Shown here piece after piece: positions 24,067-29,307 of a DNA stretch of 29,307 nucleotides. The notes below the pieces were generated by a model. The model did no database searches. It was not told the origin of the DNA and saw only the letters and a list, made by a program, of their open reading frames with translations. The number at the start of each line of letters is the position of its first letter. Position 1 is the stretch's first letter. The translations under genes were made by a program, and so were the position numbers. Source of the DNA: a virus; the IMG/VR virus record IMGVR_UViG_3300031914_000001, positions 1-29,307 of that record; one strand, 5' to 3'.

Positions 24067-25731
24067 ATGGTGTCTGAATACACTGTTACGTTCTACATAC
24101 AACCGGCCAGTATCGGTGATGATAAAGATACTGCCGATGGGGAATTCTGGGTCCGCGACGCTAATGACGGAGAGTTGTTGGCGAACAATTCGGGGCCATG
24201 GTCTCTCAACCACTCCGAAGACATCACAATCGATATTGATTCACACCCTGTGATAGAATTTGAGATTGAAGCGCAAAGCTCGTCGCCCGGTTCTGTTGAT
24301 TTTGATTGGGCCTTTTTTGCTGACGACACGGGTTCCTTTGCCCAAATCACTGCAGATGATTCAGAATTGCCAATAACAGAAGTTGGAGTATGGGATACAA
24401 GACCGCCGATTCTGAACATTGATTCTGTTAGCTCTACAGCTGGAGAAGTAGATCTGTCCTGGAGCCACCCCGCGGCCGAGACGTTTGATGTCTTATGGAA
24501 CCCCGAAAGCCAGTATGTGGACGGGTCTCCCGACGAAAGTAACTCTTACACAACTATTATTTCATCAACATCTTCAACAACTGCAGTACATGATTCTCCG
24601 GAAAATGGTAATAATTACTATGCTGTCCAGGCGGTAGAAAATGGGAGATCACTGCTCTCTAATGAAGAGGTCGCACAAATAACAGGTACTCCGTCTGGGG
24701 TATCTCAAACAGTTACCGGTGATGACCAAATAGATGTTTCATGGAACTACGACGGTGACGCAAATTTTGTAGTCGAAGTAAGCGAACAGGGTGGCGCGTA
24801 TGAAGCAGTTACCACGACAGCAAGCACATCAATCACGTATTCGGCCACTCCGTCTACAAACAGCCACCGCTTCCGCGTCAGAGCAGAATCAGCTGGTGAC
24901 GAAGGTGGGTGGGCCTATACCGAGACGGTCGATACTGATCCGTCCAACCTCTCCGTCACAACCGTCGCGTCGCGTGAGATAGGCCTCGTGTGGGACGGTA
25001 TCCGCGACGCCAACGACTACGAGATCCTCCGCGCCGAGTCGACCGGGTCCAATCCGCTCGACTACTCGCCCGTCGGGACCACAGGTGGTCTAACGACATT
25101 CACCGACACCAGCCTCGAAGACGGCGAGCGGTACTACTACCGCGTCCGCGCGGTCTACCCCGGTACAGACTCGCAGCCGACAAACGAAGTTGACGCGACG
25201 ACGCCGCTCCCTACACCGGCGCTCGACGCTCTCGATACGGCTACCGCACGCGAGATCGTCGTCGAGTACACACTCACCGACAACTCGTCGGACGGTGACC
25301 TCACGATCGAACGCTCCGACGACGGTGGATCAACGTGGACCACCGTTACCACCGTCACTAACCTCTCCACGACCGAATACACCGATAGCGGGTTGCTCGA
25401 TGGTATGGAGTACGCCTACCGACTCACCCGAGAAACGGACCACGCGAGCGTGCAGTCAGGGACACTGCCGGCGACGACGATACTCCCCGCGCCGACTGGC
25501 CTCGAAGCACTGGACACAGGTGACGAGTCGATTGATATCGTGTGGGATGCAACGCACAACACTGGGCAAACACGCGTTGACTACCGTGAGACTGGCGCGA
25601 ACGAGTGGGAGACGTTCGGAATTGTCGCTCGTGACACAGTGACCGAGACGATCACTGGGCTGCTGAATGGCGAGGAGTACGAACTCCGCGTCGTGGCAGT
25701 CACTGACGACGCCGAGGAGGTCGATACATAA
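24067..25731 (+). CDS. Fibronectin type III repeat tail/adhesin protein (about 5 FN3 domains)
   Basis: Repeated PxxL...VxLxW...YxV...TDxxLxxGxxYxYRVRA patterns; AT-rich N-terminal half. Confidence 0.9.
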   Translation: MVSEYTVTFYIQPASIGDDKDTADGEFWVRDANDGELLANNSGPWSLNHSEDITIDIDSHPVIEFEIEAQSSSPGSVDFDWAFFADDTGSFAQITADDSELPITEVGVWDTRPPILNIDSVSSTAGEVDLSWSHPAAETFDVLWNPESQYVDGSPDESNSYTTIISSTSSTTAVHDSPENGNNYYAVQAVENGRSLLSNEEVAQITGTPSGVSQTVTGDDQIDVSWNYDGDANFVVEVSEQGGAYEAVTTTASTSITYSATPSTNSHRFRVRAESAGDEGGWAYTETVDTDPSNLSVTTVASREIGLVWDGIRDANDYEILRAESTGSNPLDYSPVGTTGGLTTFTDTSLEDGERYYYRVRAVYPGTDSQPTNEVDATTPLPTPALDALDTATAREIVVEYTLTDNSSDGDLTIERSDDGGSTWTTVTTVTNLSTTEYTDSGLLDGMEYAYRLTRETDHASVQSGTLPATTILPAPTGLEALDTGDESIDIVWDATHNTGQTRVDYRETGANEWETFGIVARDTVTETITGLLNGEEYELRVVAVTDDAEEVDT

Positions 25732-28499
25732 TGCCCACTATCGCTGCCACTACGCTCCCGGACGAAGACGCACCGGTACTCGGCAACGGCGTTGAGGACG
25801 AGGTCGCCGTCGACCGCGAGAGCGCCACTACCAACAACGGCGATGTCCGCATCCAGATCCGCGAGACGGGCCAGTCGGCATGGGACTCTGGCGCCGAGGG
25901 CTTCGGCGAGTTCATCGGTGCGTTCGACACGCTGACGATGGAGTTCGTCGGCCGCGAAGACGGCGAGCGCTACGAGATCCGCGCTCGCACGGAGACGGAA
26001 CACGTCACTGGCGCGTGGACCGACCCCGTCGCAATCACGACGAAGTTCCCAGGCGCCACGCAGCTCACTGCGACCGCGATCTCCGAGACCGAGGTTGAGC
26101 TGGCGTGGACAGACAACGCCGACAACGAGGACGGGCAGTATGTCGTTCGCGAACGCCGCGTTGATGACGGCTGGTGGCCCGAGCGCATCGTCGAGGACGT
26201 CGGCGCCAACACGGAGTCGTTCGTCGACGACACGGCGCCGCCGGACACGACACTCCGCTACCGCATCCGACCGTTCACTGAGCACACGAGCGCGGACTCG
26301 AACACAGACCAAGCAACGACCGACGATCTCGGGCTACCCCGCATCCGCGTGCCCGTTTCAGGCCCGTTCGTCCAGATCGACCACCCGGACGGTGACACCC
26401 TCTCTCCGACCGTCACCGACTACGACTGGTCACCGAACGTCAACGAACGGCCGTCGGTCGAGATCACGGTGCCCGAGTCCGACCGCTGGGACGAGCTGAC
26501 GGGCCAACCGATGCGCGTGTGGATCGACGGGACGCAACTCCCGATCGACACGCTGGCGGGCACGCGCACGACCACGGGCGACCGCGGCTCACAGACCGTC
26601 CTCGAAGGCTCGGGCGGTACACAACTCGACGACTATATCGACGACATCCAGTTCGACGAGCGGGAGAACCACCTCGCTGCCGAGGACCTCATCACCGAGA
26701 ACACTGACTACGCCGCGAACGTCGACGACCCGGCCACGGACACGCGCTCGGACGTGCTCATGCTCTCGGCGTCAGGTGCGTCGCTCGAAGACGACTTACT
26801 CGACCCGCTGGAAGCCACCGACCCGCTCCAGATCGAGCAGGTCGACGGCATCTCACGACTCCAAACAGGCTGGTTCTTCGAGGCCGAAAGCGCTGACGAG
26901 AGCAACGTCGCGACGTACTTCGCCGACAACGAGGGCAACGGCGGCGCGTGGTCGGGCAACCGCGCCGTCCGACTCGACAGCCCTGGCGACTACATCGAAT
27001 TCGACTTTCGTAATGACCACACCATCCCGCAGGGCGAAGCGGAGTTCGAGATGCTCCGAGCAGCGATCGGCGGCAACAACCCGGCGTTCGACGTCTCGTT
27101 CAACGGCGACGTCGTCGAGTCGATCCCGGCGGACGCCCTCGCGAACGCGACCGACGAGTTCGACCTCTCGTGGGGCGTCGGATTCACACTCAACCCCGAC
27201 GCCGATCTCGAACCAGGGTTCCACTCGGTGCGGGTGGAGGTGACGCAGTCGGGTTCGGACTACATGACTGTCGATGCGGCCCACGCACGGGATAATCGTG
27301 ACAGCTTCACGTTCGACGATGAGCCCGTCGACGGCGTTATCCAGGGGCCCGAAGAGTACCCCGGCACCGTCGACATCGTGCTCGACGACATCACGAGCGT
27401 CGAGCAGGTAATCGCCGGCGAGCTCTCGGTCGCGATGTCCAACACCGAGGGCGGACAGGCGGTCGCCATCTCGAACGACCAGGGCGAGACGTGGATCGAA
27501 GCGACGAATAGCGAGACCGTGTCGGGCGCATTCGCGAGTGCGACCCAGCAGATCCGTGCGCGTGTGTCGCTGTCAGGCTACAGTGCGGACCCGACGACAT
27601 CGCCGGCGCAGGGCGACGCCGGCCAGTCCGTCGACGAGATCGAATTGCGGGCCGACCTCGAAGACACACCCGTCCTCCTGGACAAGCAGTACCGCGACCG
27701 GCTCTCGAACGTCCTCTCAAAGATCGCGGACGACGGCCGGATGGTGTGGGAGCTCCGCCGCGATCCCGACGCCGACCCGCTCGACGAGACTGGGATGATC
27801 GTCGAGTGGACACAGATCGGCCAGCGGACACGCGAGTCGGCGGCGCCGGCAACGAACCTCGAGACGCGAACGACGATCGAGGACGCCTACGAGCGCGTGG
27901 TCGTCTTCGGGCGGAGCAAGGGGGTTGAAGGTGAGACGTTCTCACAGTCTGCCGGGAGTTCGCTCACGTCGATCGGCGACGAGTGGGTGGTGCCTGACTC
28001 CGAGCGCATCTACGACCCGGACACTGAGGAGGTGTTCGAGCGCGGCACGGACTACCGGATGGAGTGGGATGTCGGCGGTCTCGACATCCTCGACGGGGGC
28101 GACATGTCGACAGGGACGACGTACGCCGCCGACTACGAGTTCAAGTACCGCGGCGAGGCGACGACACCCACCGTCGATCCCGCGGAAGCACGGACGGTCG
28201 AGCGCACGATCGCGGGAGCGACCTCTGACCGCGAGTGCAACCAGCTGGCGCTGAGCATTCTCAAGGACGTCCAAGACGCGCAAGTTGAGGCGACGATCAC
28301 GCTCGTCGAGCCCGCGCCGGACGTGCCGCTCGTCGAGGCGATCTCGCATCCGCGGCTTCCGGAGGGTGCCCAAGAGATCCGCGGCGTGGAGCGGTCGTCG
28401 ACGAGCGAGCGCGAGTATCGACTGGCGAATCGACCCTCTGCCGATGAGACGATCGACGCCATCCGTGAGGACATACAGTCGCTCTCGGACGTAGTGTAG
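25731..28499 (+). CDS. Large tail-tip protein: 2 FN3 domains, hub-like region and a CBM-like insert
   Basis: FN3 motifs (VELAWTDNADNEDG...YRIR); FFEAESAD...AVRLDSPGDYIEFDF resembles CBM6/35 jelly-roll modules; GGAGGT SD at 25716. Confidence 0.8.
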   Translation: MPTIAATTLPDEDAPVLGNGVEDEVAVDRESATTNNGDVRIQIRETGQSAWDSGAEGFGEFIGAFDTLTMEFVGREDGERYEIRARTETEHVTGAWTDPVAITTKFPGATQLTATAISETEVELAWTDNADNEDGQYVVRERRVDDGWWPERIVEDVGANTESFVDDTAPPDTTLRYRIRPFTEHTSADSNTDQATTDDLGLPRIRVPVSGPFVQIDHPDGDTLSPTVTDYDWSPNVNERPSVEITVPESDRWDELTGQPMRVWIDGTQLPIDTLAGTRTTTGDRGSQTVLEGSGGTQLDDYIDDIQFDERENHLAAEDLITENTDYAANVDDPATDTRSDVLMLSASGASLEDDLLDPLEATDPLQIEQVDGISRLQTGWFFEAESADESNVATYFADNEGNGGAWSGNRAVRLDSPGDYIEFDFRNDHTIPQGEAEFEMLRAAIGGNNPAFDVSFNGDVVESIPADALANATDEFDLSWGVGFTLNPDADLEPGFHSVRVEVTQSGSDYMTVDAAHARDNRDSFTFDDEPVDGVIQGPEEYPGTVDIVLDDITSVEQVIAGELSVAMSNTEGGQAVAISNDQGETWIEATNSETVSGAFASATQQIRARVSLSGYSADPTTSPAQGDAGQSVDEIELRADLEDTPVLLDKQYRDRLSNVLSKIADDGRMVWELRRDPDADPLDETGMIVEWTQIGQRTRESAAPATNLETRTTIEDAYERVVVFGRSKGVEGETFSQSAGSSLTSIGDEWVVPDSERIYDPDTEEVFERGTDYRMEWDVGGLDILDGGDMSTGTTYAADYEFKYRGEATTPTVDPAEARTVERTIAGATSDRECNQLALSILKDVQDAQVEATITLVEPAPDVPLVEAISHPRLPEGAQEIRGVERSSTSEREYRLANRPSADETIDAIREDIQSLSDVV

Positions 28500-28588
28500 G
28501 CGTCGCGAAGAAGCAGAGGCCGATGACCGCCCGCACGGAGGTGGGGCGCGAGGACCTGACACATGCAACAACGACATACGGAGAGCCT

Positions 28589-28930
28589 ATGCCACAGACA
28601 CTACAGCGACGACAAGGAGAGCTCGAAGCACCGAACGAAGACATCAGCGAGACGCGTGTGCTCGCCGCGGCCGAGATTCCTGGCGACCGGCTGGTGTCGA
28701 TCAACATCGAGGCGACGGCCGACGCGAGTTACGCAATCGATGTCTCTGCTGTTCCGGAGCCCGGCGCCGACGACTGGTTCGAAGAGGAGGTCGTCTACGA
28801 CCAGGCAGACGAGCCCGACCCGCAGGACATCCGCGACGTGTTCGAGCTCGGTGATCGCACGCTACGGGTGCGAGTCACGGACTCGGCAGCGACCGGTGAG
28901 ACGGCTGACGTCACAATTCAGGTGGCCTAA
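28589..28930 (+). CDS. Small beta-sandwich-like tail-associated protein
   Basis: 113-aa acidic ORF; start set at ATG 28589. Confidence 0.65.
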   Translation: MPQTLQRRQGELEAPNEDISETRVLAAAEIPGDRLVSINIEATADASYAIDVSAVPEPGADDWFEEEVVYDQADEPDPQDIRDVFELGDRTLRVRVTDSAATGETADVTIQVA

Positions 28931-29307
28931 ATGGGAGTCCTCAGACGACTGAGGGAATGGCGGGAGAACAAGGACGGGACGCTGGAGGGGCCAGCGCTCA
29001 AGACAGAAGAACTCTCGCTCGGAGGGGATGGTCCCGCAACGTCATTTGCAGATATTGGCGGCGGAAGCGGCGGCTTGTGGACAGAAGACGCTAACTCTCC
29101 CGGTGCGGTATCTGGTCAGGAGACGTATACGGTTACGCTTGACGGAGCGTATGACCTCGTCCTTTTGGACGTGCGTGTCTTAGCAGACGGCAGCAACGGT
29201 GAGGTGGGTCTAACCCTTAATGGCGATTCCGGAGCCAACTACGATTACACTACCTATCACGGTCGACGTGCGGACACCGCCCACCCGGTCGCCGCCATCG
29301 CGCACAC
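28931..29307 (+). CDS. Tail fibre/adhesin-like protein, 3'-partial (not in ORF track)
   Basis: MGVLRRLREWRENKDGTLEGPALKTEELSLGG...GGGSGGLW...YTVTLDGAYDLV...; open to the window end; lower GC. Confidence 0.6.
   Translation, partial: MGVLRRLREWRENKDGTLEGPALKTEELSLGGDGPATSFADIGGGSGGLWTEDANSPGAVSGQETYTVTLDGAYDLVLLDVRVLADGSNGEVGLTLNGDSGANYDYTTYHGRRADTAHPVAAIAH

Larger units (their letters stand above)
56..29307 (+). mobile_element. Haloarchaeal tailed virus / provirus (Caudoviricetes, siphovirus-like), partial
   Basis: Co-oriented MCM, TerS, TerL, portal, prohead protease, scaffold, capsid, neck, tail tube, frameshifted chaperone and tail-tip genes; acidic proteome; no sheath gene seen. Boundaries are not established. 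Confidence 0.92.

Noticed and set aside
1-29307. Assignment to a named halovirus family
   Set aside because: It needs MCP/TerL/portal phylogeny or vConTACT-type analysis, which cannot be run here.

Overview
One continuous, almost entirely plus-strand stretch of a haloarchaeal tailed virus or provirus with siphovirus-type architecture: high GC, very acidic proteins, and genes coupled by ATGA/TGATG/TAATG overlaps. The window opens with the 3' part of a tRNA-Thr(CGT), which could be a host integration site. An early/replication module follows (coiled-coil genes, a 19-bp inverted-repeat pair, MCM helicase, small Zn-finger and wHTH proteins). Next come an internal tRNA-Phe(GAA) and about 280 nt of apparently structured non-coding sequence ending in a tRNA-like element. 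The packaging/head module is TerS, gp7-like, TerL, portal, prohead protease, scaffold and major capsid protein. The neck/tail module includes a tail chaperone with a GGGAAAC -1 frameshift site, a short tape-measure candidate, and FN3/CBM-containing tail-tip proteins with a low-GC swapped segment. No integrase, CRISPR array, IS element, intein or recognisable endolysin is visible. The best candidates for undescribed biology are the tRNA-Phe/structured-RNA/tRNA-mimic cassette, the putative origin before MCM, the VDQK putative protease-cleavage code, and an FN3 domain apparently split across two genes. All product calls come from motif recognition and gene order by eye; no database searches or folding programs were run.
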